Source of the DNA: Raphidiopsis brookii D9
GTDB lineage: Bacteria > Cyanobacteriota > Cyanobacteriia > Cyanobacteriales > Nostocaceae
Reading direction: 5' to 3'
DNA length: 32,000 bases
Assembly (NCBI GenBank): GCA_000175855.1
Contig: ACYB01000035.1
Coordinates: 210,001-242,000, forward strand
A program made the position numbers and the translations under genes. The notes beneath the pieces are model-generated. The model had not been told where the DNA came from. It searched no databases and was given only the letters and a program-made list of their open reading frames with translations. Below, one piece after another: positions 18,338 through 26,125 of the stretch; within the stretch, counting starts at the first letter, position 1, and every line of letters begins with the position of its first letter.

Positions 18338-19672
18338 TTGGATATAACAAAATCTCTTTACCAAGCTTGCAACCCCAACAAAACCTTAAATAGTAATAAT
18401 CCTGAAGATAAAAAACGGTATATTGACTTCTCTCCAGTTCGGGGACGGGAAATAATTAAGGAACTAAAACGGACTATTACCCGACTTTCCCCAGATTTAC
18501 CAACTTGTCAACTGTTTACTGGACATATCGGTGTGGGTAAGTCTACTGAGTTAATGCGTCTAAAATCAGAACTGGAAACTGAATTTTTTCACGTAGTATA
18601 TTTTGAATCTAGTCAGACTTTGGATTTAGGAGATGTTGATGTTACGGACATTTTATTAGCAATAGCTAAAGAAGTAAGTCACAGTTTAGAGGTTACACAA
18701 ATCAAAGTTAAATCCGGATTTTTCCAGACTCTATTTAAGGATGTGATTGAGTTCTTACAAACACCCTTGGATATTGATTTTGAGGCGGAGTTATCTGTTG
18801 GTATAGCTAAAATCACTGCAAAAACTAAGGAAAGTCCCAAACTACGTAATCAGCTCAGACAGTATTTAGAACCTCGCACCGCTAGTATTTTACAGTCCAT
18901 CAATAGAGAATTACTAATCCCTGCTCAAGAGGAATTAAAACAGCGGGGTAAGTCAGGTTTAGTAGTAATTATTGATAATTTAGACAGGATAGATAATAGT
19001 CCTAAAGCTAATGGTCAATATCAACCAGAATATCTGTTTGTTGAAAGAGGTGAAGATTTAAAAGCTTTAAGCTGTCATATTGTGTATACTATTCCTTTAG
19101 TGCTGATATTTTCCAATGCTTTAGGTAGATTAATTAATCGCTTTGGGGTAGATCCTAAAGTGTTGCCAATGATATCTGTTAAACAAAGAAATGGTGAATA
19201 CTACTCAGCAGCTATGACACTTCTACAACAAATGATTATGGTCAGAGCTTTTCCCGGTGTGAATTGGCAACAAAGTTCAGAGAAATTGGCCTTGACCACT
19301 CAGATTTTTGATAGTCCTAAAACGTTTGATCGCCTTTGTCAGGTTAGCGGTGGCCACTTACGTAGTCTTTTGAAGTTGTTGTTTCGTTGTTTACAATCCC
19401 AGGATGTACCAATTTCTCGTCTATGTTTGGAAAATACCATTAGAGAACAATGTAATCTGTTAAGTTTAGCTATTACACCTGATGAATGGGAACTATTGCG
19501 AGAAGTACGGAAAACAAAAACATATAGAGGTGAAGAACAGTATGATATTTTGCTACGCAGCTTGTTTGTTTTTGAATATCGAGATCACCAAGGTTCTTGG
19601 TTTGATATTAATCCAATTTTATTAGAAAACTCCGAATTTTCTGGGTATTATAGGGATTCATATCATGAATAA
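18338..19672 (+). CDS. P-loop NTPase with an Orc1/Cdc6- or STAND-like AAA+ layout; function unknown
   Basis: 444 aa. The N-terminal lead-in YIDFSPVRGREIIKELKRTI precedes Walker A GHIGVGKSTEL and Walker B LVVIIDNLDRID. A helical C-terminal half follows (GGHLRSLLKLLFRCL). The start at 18338 is TTG. The stop overlaps the next ORF in ATGAATAA. Confidence 0.7.
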   Translation: MDITKSLYQACNPNKTLNSNNPEDKKRYIDFSPVRGREIIKELKRTITRLSPDLPTCQLFTGHIGVGKSTELMRLKSELETEFFHVVYFESSQTLDLGDVDVTDILLAIAKEVSHSLEVTQIKVKSGFFQTLFKDVIEFLQTPLDIDFEAELSVGIAKITAKTKESPKLRNQLRQYLEPRTASILQSINRELLIPAQEELKQRGKSGLVVIIDNLDRIDNSPKANGQYQPEYLFVERGEDLKALSCHIVYTIPLVLIFSNALGRLINRFGVDPKVLPMISVKQRNGEYYSAAMTLLQQMIMVRAFPGVNWQQSSEKLALTTQIFDSPKTFDRLCQVSGGHLRSLLKLLFRCLQSQDVPISRLCLENTIREQCNLLSLAITPDEWELLREVRKTKTYRGEEQYDILLRSLFVFEYRDHQGSWFDINPILLENSEFSGYYRDSYHE

Positions 19673-20114
19673 TTTGGAGAATGTTGCTAATAATAACCAT
19701 GATGCAATTAGGAGTATATTGAGAGCTATTAGCTTTTCCCAAGGTCAGTTTTCTCTTATCTTTTTACACTGTAATTGTGTTAGATTCCACCGGGAAATAG
19801 CAGTAAAATTGCGTGGGAGTTATTGTACAAGAATTGAGGAGATAAATCTATCCCCATCCGCTATAAGTCTCTATGACAACATATCAGCCACAATGGTAAA
19901 TATACAACCCTATGCTGTGATGGTTTTTGGTTTAGATGCTGCTAAGAATCTGGATTCGATTTTACAAGTGTCAAACCAAATTAGAGAGGAATTTAGCAGA
20001 AAATTTGCCTTTCCGCTATTTATTTGGATAGATGATCAAGTACTTAGAAGAATTATTAGGATTGCACCAGACTTAGAAAGCTGGAGTACTATTATTAAGT
20101 TACAGTCTCCCTAA
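19665..20114 (+). CDS. 149-aa protein resembling the N-terminal module of large cyanobacterial TPR/CHAT proteins (possibly truncated)
   Basis: Motifs QGQFSLIFLHCNC..FHREI, AVMVFGLDAAKNLDSILQVSNQIREEFSRKFAFPLFIWIDDQVLRRIIRIAPDLESWST. From memory, these match the start of proteins over 1000 aa long (..ALILARCNY.. / ..VFGLE.. / NQVREEFRKNF.FPLVLWV.D.. / APDFESWAT). It overlaps the upstream ATPase gene by 8 nt and the convergent cupin gene by 15 nt. Confidence 0.55.
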   Translation: MNNLENVANNNHDAIRSILRAISFSQGQFSLIFLHCNCVRFHREIAVKLRGSYCTRIEEINLSPSAISLYDNISATMVNIQPYAVMVFGLDAAKNLDSILQVSNQIREEFSRKFAFPLFIWIDDQVLRRIIRIAPDLESWSTIIKLQSP

Positions 20115-20537
20115 AACCGCCAGATCTTCAACGTCCAGGTCGACAGGTATACCACTTCTAATCAGTTCCGAGAAATCTTCGTTAGGAATCATAACAGTGA
20201 GTATATAAAGACGAGTTTTACCCGTATTTCTAATCAGATGGATGCCCATTGGTGGTACTAATAAACTATCCCCAGCCTTGATATTTACTTTTTTACCATC
20301 ACAAATTGCCATACCCTCCCCCTTGAGAATGAAGAACATTTCTACGGCCCACTGATGGCGATTAGGTGGAGTTTGTCCACCAATATCAAAAATTTCCACA
20401 CAGCAAGTTAAAGAAGTATTAGCTGTGTTGGAATCAAAGATAATTGCTAACCGATTAGTATCATAAGGGCTAATGCGGTATGCTTGATAATCTTGAGGAG
20501 ACTTGATCACAGGAATAATACAACGATGACTAATCAT
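20100..20537 (-). CDS. cupin domain protein
   Basis: 145 aa with a cupin_2-like core: NRHQWAVEMFFILKGEGMAICDGKKVNIKAGDSLLVPPMGIHLIRNTG. Confidence 0.75.
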   Translation of the reverse strand: MISHRCIIPVIKSPQDYQAYRISPYDTNRLAIIFDSNTANTSLTCCVEIFDIGGQTPPNRHQWAVEMFFILKGEGMAICDGKKVNIKAGDSLLVPPMGIHLIRNTGKTRLYILTVMIPNEDFSELIRSGIPVDLDVEDLAVLGRL

Positions 20538-20743
20538 ATAATTAATATTTTTTGCTTAATTTCGTTATAATCTTAACTAGCTTGATTTTATGGGACGCTA
20601 TCTAAAATGATTGCTAAATTTTTAACTACGAACCATAAATAATAGTAATTTAGGTGTTAGGGAATTAACTTTAAAAAAAGGTAAAATTCACAAAAAGGCA
20701 AAAATCATGAATTCTATTGTACGGAGATAATAACTAGTATTTT

Positions 20744-22205
20744 ATGACCATAACACTAGAAGAAATGCGTAAAAAGCTAAAACAGGTTTGGGGTTATGAA
20801 AATTTTCGTCCTCCTCAAGAAGAAATAGTCAGTAGTTTGCTATCACAAAAAGATGCTTTAATTATTATGCCTACGGGAGCGGGAAAATCTATTTGTTTTC
20901 AACTTCCAGCCCTTTTAAGTAATGGTTTAACTCTGGTAGTTTCACCATTAATTGCATTAATAGAAAATCAGGTTGAAGAGCTAAAACAAAGGAATCAAAA
21001 GGCAGATCTGCTGCACAGTGAATTACCTGCTAGTCAACGTTATAAGGTTTTAGAATCTATTAGTAAACAACAGTTGAGATTATTATACTTATCACCAGAA
21101 ACTCTCCTCAGTTCTGCTGTGTGGGAAAAAATCTCCCATCCCCACATAGGAATTACCTCCCTAATATTAGATGAAGCACATTGTTTGGTACAATGGGGAG
21201 AAACATTTAGACCAGTCTATCGTCGTTTAGCAGCTGTGCGTCCGTCCTTATTAAACACCAAACCGCCGGGAACAAAAATTAGTGTAGCAGCTTTCACAGC
21301 TACCGCTGACCCTAGTACACAAAACATTATTAAGGATGTTTTGCAATTACAACAACCTGACATTTATCGACTTAATCCCTATCGTCAAAATTTACAACCT
21401 ACTGTCAAAACTGTCTGGACACCAAAAGCAAGAAAACAGCAATTATTAAAGTTCCTTCAACTCCATCCCCATCAAACAGGATTGATTTATGTTAGAACTC
21501 GTAAAGACAGTGAAGAATTGGCTCAATGGTTAATGAATCTTGGCTATCATACAGCTAGTTACCATGGGGGTTTGAGTGGGGAAGAAAGACGAGCTATAGA
21601 AAAAAGTTGGTTGCATGGAAAAAAATCATTTGTTGTCTGTACTTGTGCTTTTGGTATGGGGATCAATAAAGCTGATGTTCGATGGATAGTCCATTTTCAT
21701 GCTCCCTATTTATTATCAGAATATGTTCAGGAAATTGGACGTGCAGGAAGAGATGGAATAGTTGCAGAAGTTTTAACTTTTATCAGTGAACCTAACCGGT
21801 TTTTTTGATGGGGAAGACCAAAGAAGAAAACTGTTTTTTCAGCAACAAATATTACAACAATACAAAAAAGCTCAAGAATTAATTAAGAAATTACCACTAC
21901 AGGGAGAAGTTAAGTCCGTAGTTAAAGAATTTCAACATGGTGCGACAGCACTGGCCATACTTCATAGCAGTGGAAGACTACTCTGGAATGACCCTTTTCA
22001 TTATCAGATTTTGGGTAGGGATATTCATCAGAGCAGGACATACTTTAATCCTGCTCAACAAATGGTTGAATATTTAAGAACTAAAAACTGTCGTTGGCAG
22101 TTTTTATTGCAGTCCTTTGGCTTTAATAAAGATAGAGAAAATTGGCGTTGTGGACACTGTGACAACTGTAGATTTAAATCAGGGGGTTTTCAGGGGATTT
22201 CTTGA
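20744..22205 (+). pseudogene. recQ: ATP-dependent DNA helicase RecQ, interrupted by a +1 frame break at a T7 run
   Basis: ORF 20744-21808 carries helicase motifs I-VI (MPTGAGKSICFQLPAL, LDEAHCLVQWG, FTATAD, QEIGRAGRDG). ORF 21786-22205 carries the RecQ Zn-binding region (CRWQFLLQSFGF...CGHCDNC). The two frames meet at TTTTTTT (21800-21806). Removing one T gives the seamless reading ...SEPNRFFDGEDQRRK... Confidence 0.8.
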
Positions 22206-22263
22206 TAATTGCCATCTGGAGTATAATGTTTGGCCATACTAACTTTAATTAACTTTGAATTTA

Positions 22264-23796
22264 ATGAGTTTAGACAAAATATATAAAACTGATGTTTTAG
22301 TTGTGGGTGGAGGAACTGGAGGAACCACTGCTGCTATTCAAGCAGCTCGTAGGGGATGTAAAACTATTCTGGTGAGTGAGTTTTCTTGGTTGGGAGGGAT
22401 GTTAACTAGTGCTGGTGTATGTGCGCCTGATGGTAATGAATTAAACTCCTTTCAAACAGGAATATGGGGAGATTTTATCCGCGAGTTACAAAAACGACAA
22501 TCAGGAGGACTAAATAACAGCTGGGTGAGCTTTTTTAGTTATCAACCCCAGGTGGGAGCGGGAATTTTTGCTGATTGGATAAAAGAACTACCTAATCTAC
22601 AATGGATTACCCACAGAATTCCCCTAGAAGTATTACGTCAGGGAGATCGCATTGTAGGTGTAAGTTTTGCAGATTGTACTATTTATGCCCAAATAATTCT
22701 GGATGGTACGGAATTAGGTGACGTTTTAGCTTTGGGAGAAGTGCCTTATCGTTGGGGTTGGGAATTGCAATCTGAATGGGGAGAAACTAGCGCCCCCAGC
22801 AGTTTTAACTCCCTCACAAAAACATACCCCATACAAGCACCAACATGGGTAGTAATAATGGAGGATTTTGGGGAGGTTCTTGCTCCGGAAATTCCTCCCG
22901 CACCCAATTATGACCCAGCTTTGTTTGCAGGAGCTTGGGAAAACTATGGAAAAGAAAAATTTTTAAACTATGGACGTTTGCCACAAAACTGGTTTATGAT
23001 TAATTGGCCGATTTGTGGTAATGACTACGGTCAAGGAACCAGTCGGTTGTTAGAGTCAAAAGCAAGGAATGAGTTCTATCAAGAGTGTTTTTGGCACAGT
23101 CAAAACTTCGCCCGTTACATTCAAACCAGTTTCGGTAGGCGTTATGGTCTGGCCCAGGGAGCTTTTCCTACTGTATCTCCAGCTTTTGCTCTTCACCCCT
23201 ATTTTCGTGAAGGTCGTCGCTTACAAGGGGTTACTACCATCTGTGAACAGGACCTTTTACCCCTCTCCAACGGTTCCGTAGCACCTCTTATGAAGGATAC
23301 GGTTGCTATTGGTAACTATGCCAATGATCATCACTACCCGGGTATAAAGTTCCCCCTACAACCTAAGTCTCTTCTCTGGGGAGGACGTTGGACCGGTACT
23401 CCTTTCACCATTCCATATTCCTCCCTAATCCCTAAATCTATAGATGGTTTACTGGTGTGTGAGAAAAATATTTCCGTCTCCCACATTGCTAACGGTGCAA
23501 CTAGACTTCAACCCGTAGTTATGGGCATAGGACAAGCTGCTGGTATGGCAGCAGCACTCTGTTGTGAGTTGAATTGTCAACCGAGGGATTTACCAGTCAA
23601 GACACTACAAATGGCTCTGTTAACTGATAAGCACTCACCCGCAGCAGTTATTCCCCTACTCAATTTATCCATGAATCATCCGGATTGGTTGAGGTGGCAA
23701 ATTGATATTCTAAATCACCCAGAAATCTATCCCCCAAGTGGTAATATTTTGACCTGTGGGGGGAACATACACCAGTCGACTTTCCATCATTTTTAG
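22264..23796 (+). CDS. FAD-dependent oxidoreductase (FAD_oxidored / GIDA-like fold), probably 3'-truncated by a frame break
   Basis: Dinucleotide-binding motif DVLVVGGGTGGTTAAIQAARRG. The track start at 22255 is TTG; I use the ATG at 22264. See the next feature for the displaced C-terminus. Confidence 0.8.
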   Translation: MSLDKIYKTDVLVVGGGTGGTTAAIQAARRGCKTILVSEFSWLGGMLTSAGVCAPDGNELNSFQTGIWGDFIRELQKRQSGGLNNSWVSFFSYQPQVGAGIFADWIKELPNLQWITHRIPLEVLRQGDRIVGVSFADCTIYAQIILDGTELGDVLALGEVPYRWGWELQSEWGETSAPSSFNSLTKTYPIQAPTWVVIMEDFGEVLAPEIPPAPNYDPALFAGAWENYGKEKFLNYGRLPQNWFMINWPICGNDYGQGTSRLLESKARNEFYQECFWHSQNFARYIQTSFGRRYGLAQGAFPTVSPAFALHPYFREGRRLQGVTTICEQDLLPLSNGSVAPLMKDTVAIGNYANDHHYPGIKFPLQPKSLLWGGRWTGTPFTIPYSSLIPKSIDGLLVCEKNISVSHIANGATRLQPVVMGIGQAAGMAAALCCELNCQPRDLPVKTLQMALLTDKHSPAAVIPLLNLSMNHPDWLRWQIDILNHPEIYPPSGNILTCGGNIHQSTFHHF

Positions 23797-24062
23797 GTTT
23801 ATCAATTGATGAGCATAATCACTTAGACCATGATTGTTGGATAGGAATTTTTAATCGCATCGGTAAACAAGATTACGAGTTTACTGTCACAAATCCCCCG
23901 GACTTGTCTTTTTCAACCTGGAAAATTGTTACTTTGGAGTCATCTGTTAACCAACAGCTAGAAATTCTCAATCAAAATTCCAAGATTTGCATCAGAGGAC
24001 GTTTAAATTCTTCTGGTAACTGGATTCTTGCAGAACATATTACATATTCAGATAATATATGA
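23745..24062 (+). other. 105-codon open frame with no start codon, likely the displaced C-terminus of the FAD oxidoreductase
   Basis: My translation: YFDLWGEHTPVDFPSFLGLSIDEHNHLDHDCWIGIFNRIGKQDYEFTVTNPPDLSFSTWKIVTLESSVNQQLEILNQNSKICIRGRLNSSGNWILAEHITYSDNI*. I see no in-frame ATG or GTG and no early TTG. It overlaps the upstream ORF across a G6 run (23758-23763). Adding one G joins the frames as ...TCGGEHTPVDF... Confidence 0.55.
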
Positions 24063-24115
24063 TTGAGCTTCTTGCAGTTAAATAAAGATTAAGTCAATAG
24101 ATTTCTTCAAGATTA

Positions 24116-24121
24116 TCCGGA
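24116..24121 (+). promoter_or_regulatory. DIF1-type motif TCCGGA upstream of the patX-like ORF
   Basis: An exact TCCGGA lies 58 nt upstream of the ATG at 24179. Candidate -10 elements are TAAAAG (24141-24146) and TAATCA (24148-24153). DIF1 is the -35-region motif of heterocyst-induced promoters in Anabaena. Confidence 0.4.
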
Positions 24122-24178
24122 TTCATAGGTGATAGACAAGTAAAAGCTAATCAGATAGTTCTAAAATAGACATCTACT

Positions 24179-24391
24179 ATGCGTGCTACCATTTCAATTC
24201 TAGTATCAAGTATGATACTCGGTTCCTTAGCTTTTAATCGCGAAACTCTGTTCACTAATCCCTCTCGGTTGTCAACCTCTAATTCGGGAACCGGTTTACT
24301 ATTTGCAGACAGTTCTAAACCTAGTCCTAATCGACCCGGGGAACCCGTAACCTACCGTGGTAGTGGACGCAAAGAGTCAATTAACCTCTAA
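24179..24391 (+). CDS. patX: PatX-like RGSGR-containing small secreted protein (HetR-inhibitor family)
   Basis: 70 aa: a hydrophobic N-terminus (MRATISILVSSMILGSLAF), a Ser/Pro-rich middle (KPSPNRPGEP), and an exact RGSGR pentapeptide (nt 24356-24370) six residues from the C-terminus. This is the tripartite PatX architecture. Its neighbours match the Anabaena 7120 locus as I recall it. Confidence 0.7.
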   Translation: MRATISILVSSMILGSLAFNRETLFTNPSRLSTSNSGTGLLFADSSKPSPNRPGEPVTYRGSGRKESINL

Positions 24392-24545
24392 AACTACCAA
24401 AGGAAATTAACTGGTATCATGGTTGTTGACAGTAGACAGAACTCCAGCAACAAACAGAACACTTTCTGAACATCTTTTCCGGGTTTGACTTCTCCCTGGG
24501 TCGAAACACTGGGGAGGGTAAACCCACTTCCCTTGGTCTATTTTA

Positions 24546-25595
24546 TCAAAGAGGTTTGCAAGCAATTATATACTTACTTAAGAAGTGCACTTCGGTTCTG
24601 ATTTGATCAAAACCAGCTTTCTCTAGTCGTGCTACTAAATCATCAAGACTATAATTGATATAGTAAGGTTCATGAAATGTGCGAGGAAAGTTGTTAATAA
24701 TATCAACCAGGTCAGGAGAATCACTGATTTGAATGGAATCACAAATAATGAAAACTCCTCCTGGTTTAATAACTCGGAAACATTGTTCAATTACTGCTTG
24801 TCGCACTGCTGCTGGTAATTCATGAAACAGAAAAACACTAGTCACCCCATGGAAATAATTATCCAAGTAGGGTAGTTCTTCCGCATTGGCTTGGATAAGC
24901 TGGGGTAATTCAGTATAATTTTCAGCTAGAAGTTGATTGGCTTTGCGCAAGTAATTGGGCGATAGATCAACACCAAATAGAGATGCTTCCCGGATTGCTC
25001 CTCTCAGCAACTTTAAGGTTCTGCCAGTGCCACATCCTACATCTAAAATACGTACATGCTTGAGAGGGAAGAATTTTTTCAGTTGGTGCTTGAGAGGTGA
25101 TAGTATGCGACGTCTCATCCCATCCCCAGTCCCATTAAATAGGATTTCTACCTGCAGGTCATACAAGTTGGCAGAAAGGTCGCTTAAATAACCATCCGTT
25201 TGATGATGGAAGTTTTGTAAATAGTAGCTGGGATAGATCTTTTCCTCCTGTGGTTGGGAAAAATCTTGATATTGCTGACGCTCTGCTCTTTCCCATACTT
25301 GGAACATATCTACACACAGCGCAGGATAGTACAAACAGAAGTCTAACCAAGAATTGTCAAATAGTAAATCATAAGGATATACACCTTGTTGAGCATCTTG
25401 CCAATCCAACTCTAATAATCTGTTGAGTCTATCTTGTAAGTTGGCGATCGCCTGTTGAGAAATTGGTTGAGACTTGTTTGAATTAGGGTAAATATGGTTT
25501 TTAACTCGCGTACCCAGGAATTTATGAGCTAGACTAAAATAGCTTTTTCCCTGTTGGTAAGCTTGGTAGGTAAGTTTTGTAAAGTCGTTAAACAT
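24546..25595 (-). CDS. class I SAM-dependent methyltransferase
   Basis: 349 aa. Motif I is VRILDVGCGTGRTL and the post-II/III region is KPGGVFIICD. An N-terminal extension of about 170 aa has unknown function. Confidence 0.85.
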   Translation of the reverse strand: MFNDFTKLTYQAYQQGKSYFSLAHKFLGTRVKNHIYPNSNKSQPISQQAIANLQDRLNRLLELDWQDAQQGVYPYDLLFDNSWLDFCLYYPALCVDMFQVWERAERQQYQDFSQPQEEKIYPSYYLQNFHHQTDGYLSDLSANLYDLQVEILFNGTGDGMRRRILSPLKHQLKKFFPLKHVRILDVGCGTGRTLKLLRGAIREASLFGVDLSPNYLRKANQLLAENYTELPQLIQANAEELPYLDNYFHGVTSVFLFHELPAAVRQAVIEQCFRVIKPGGVFIICDSIQISDSPDLVDIINNFPRTFHEPYYINYSLDDLVARLEKAGFDQIRTEVHFLSKYIIACKPL

Positions 25596-25720
25596 AACAA
25601 TATTTTAGCAACATTTAATTAGTATCCAGTATCACCTCATCTCTCCATCGTAACACAATATTGCCATTCCCACTTCTTCCAAACTCCCTATTGTAAATTT
25701 TTGTAACAAATTAGAATTTG

Positions 25721-25734
25721 GTAGTTTAAGTTAC
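25721..25734 (+). promoter_or_regulatory. NtcA-binding site (GTA-N8-TAC) overlapping the gifA promoter -35 region
   Basis: An exact GTAgtttaagtTAC is followed after 12 nt by TACTAT (25747-25752). This is closer than the N22 spacing of activated promoters, so it is consistent with repression. A second, imperfect site GTAaatttttgTAA lies at 25693-25706. Confidence 0.6.
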
Positions 25735-25805
25735 GGAATTCCCTGCTACTATAAAAAAGTGGGAAGAAAAAAACCATCCACATCAAAAAACAAGAGGATA
25801 AAAAT

Positions 25806-26006
25806 ATGTCTATCCAAGAAAAGTCCCGTGTGTTAATGGCCCGTCAACACCAACAAGTTAAAAACCGTCAACAATCAATGTTAATGCGTGCAGCCCAAGA
25901 GTTGGGACTACCCGAAGAAACTTGCCAATATTGGAGTCCCATTCAAGGGAAAGTAGATCCTACCACTCAAACTCTTTATAGCCCTAGTGGTGCGACCATG
26001 AGCTAA
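25806..26006 (+). CDS. gifA: glutamine synthetase inactivating factor IF7
   Basis: 66 aa. MSIQEKSRVLMARQHQQVKNRQQSMLMRAAQELGL... matches the conserved IF7 core (ARxLMxRHHQxIKNRQQSML). It is convergent with glnA, as in Anabaena PCC 7120. Confidence 0.85.
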   Translation: MSIQEKSRVLMARQHQQVKNRQQSMLMRAAQELGLPEETCQYWSPIQGKVDPTTQTLYSPSGATMS

Positions 26007-26125
26007 AGATTCCTAATCACCTGGGCGTGCGTTAAGAATTGTCTTAATGGAGAACGCAGGGTAGGTTTTTGGTGTGTCGTTTTTAGACGGTACAAAGGAC
26101 GTTTCCGCATGCCTGAAAATATTAA

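Noticed and set aside
25735-25805. Possible glutamine (glnA-motif) riboswitch in the gifA leader, as reported for Synechocystis gifB
   Set aside because: The leader is A-rich and only about 45 nt long. It has a weak GTGG...CCAC pairing but lacks the conserved three-stem core.
26028-26075. AT-rich hairpin TGCGTTAAGA-attg-TCTTAA..CGCA followed by GGTTTTTGG after gifA, considered as a terminator
   Set aside because: The stem is interrupted by a 7-nt asymmetric bulge, and the T-run starts 8 nt after the stem. The stronger hairpin at 26126-26152 is the better terminator candidate.
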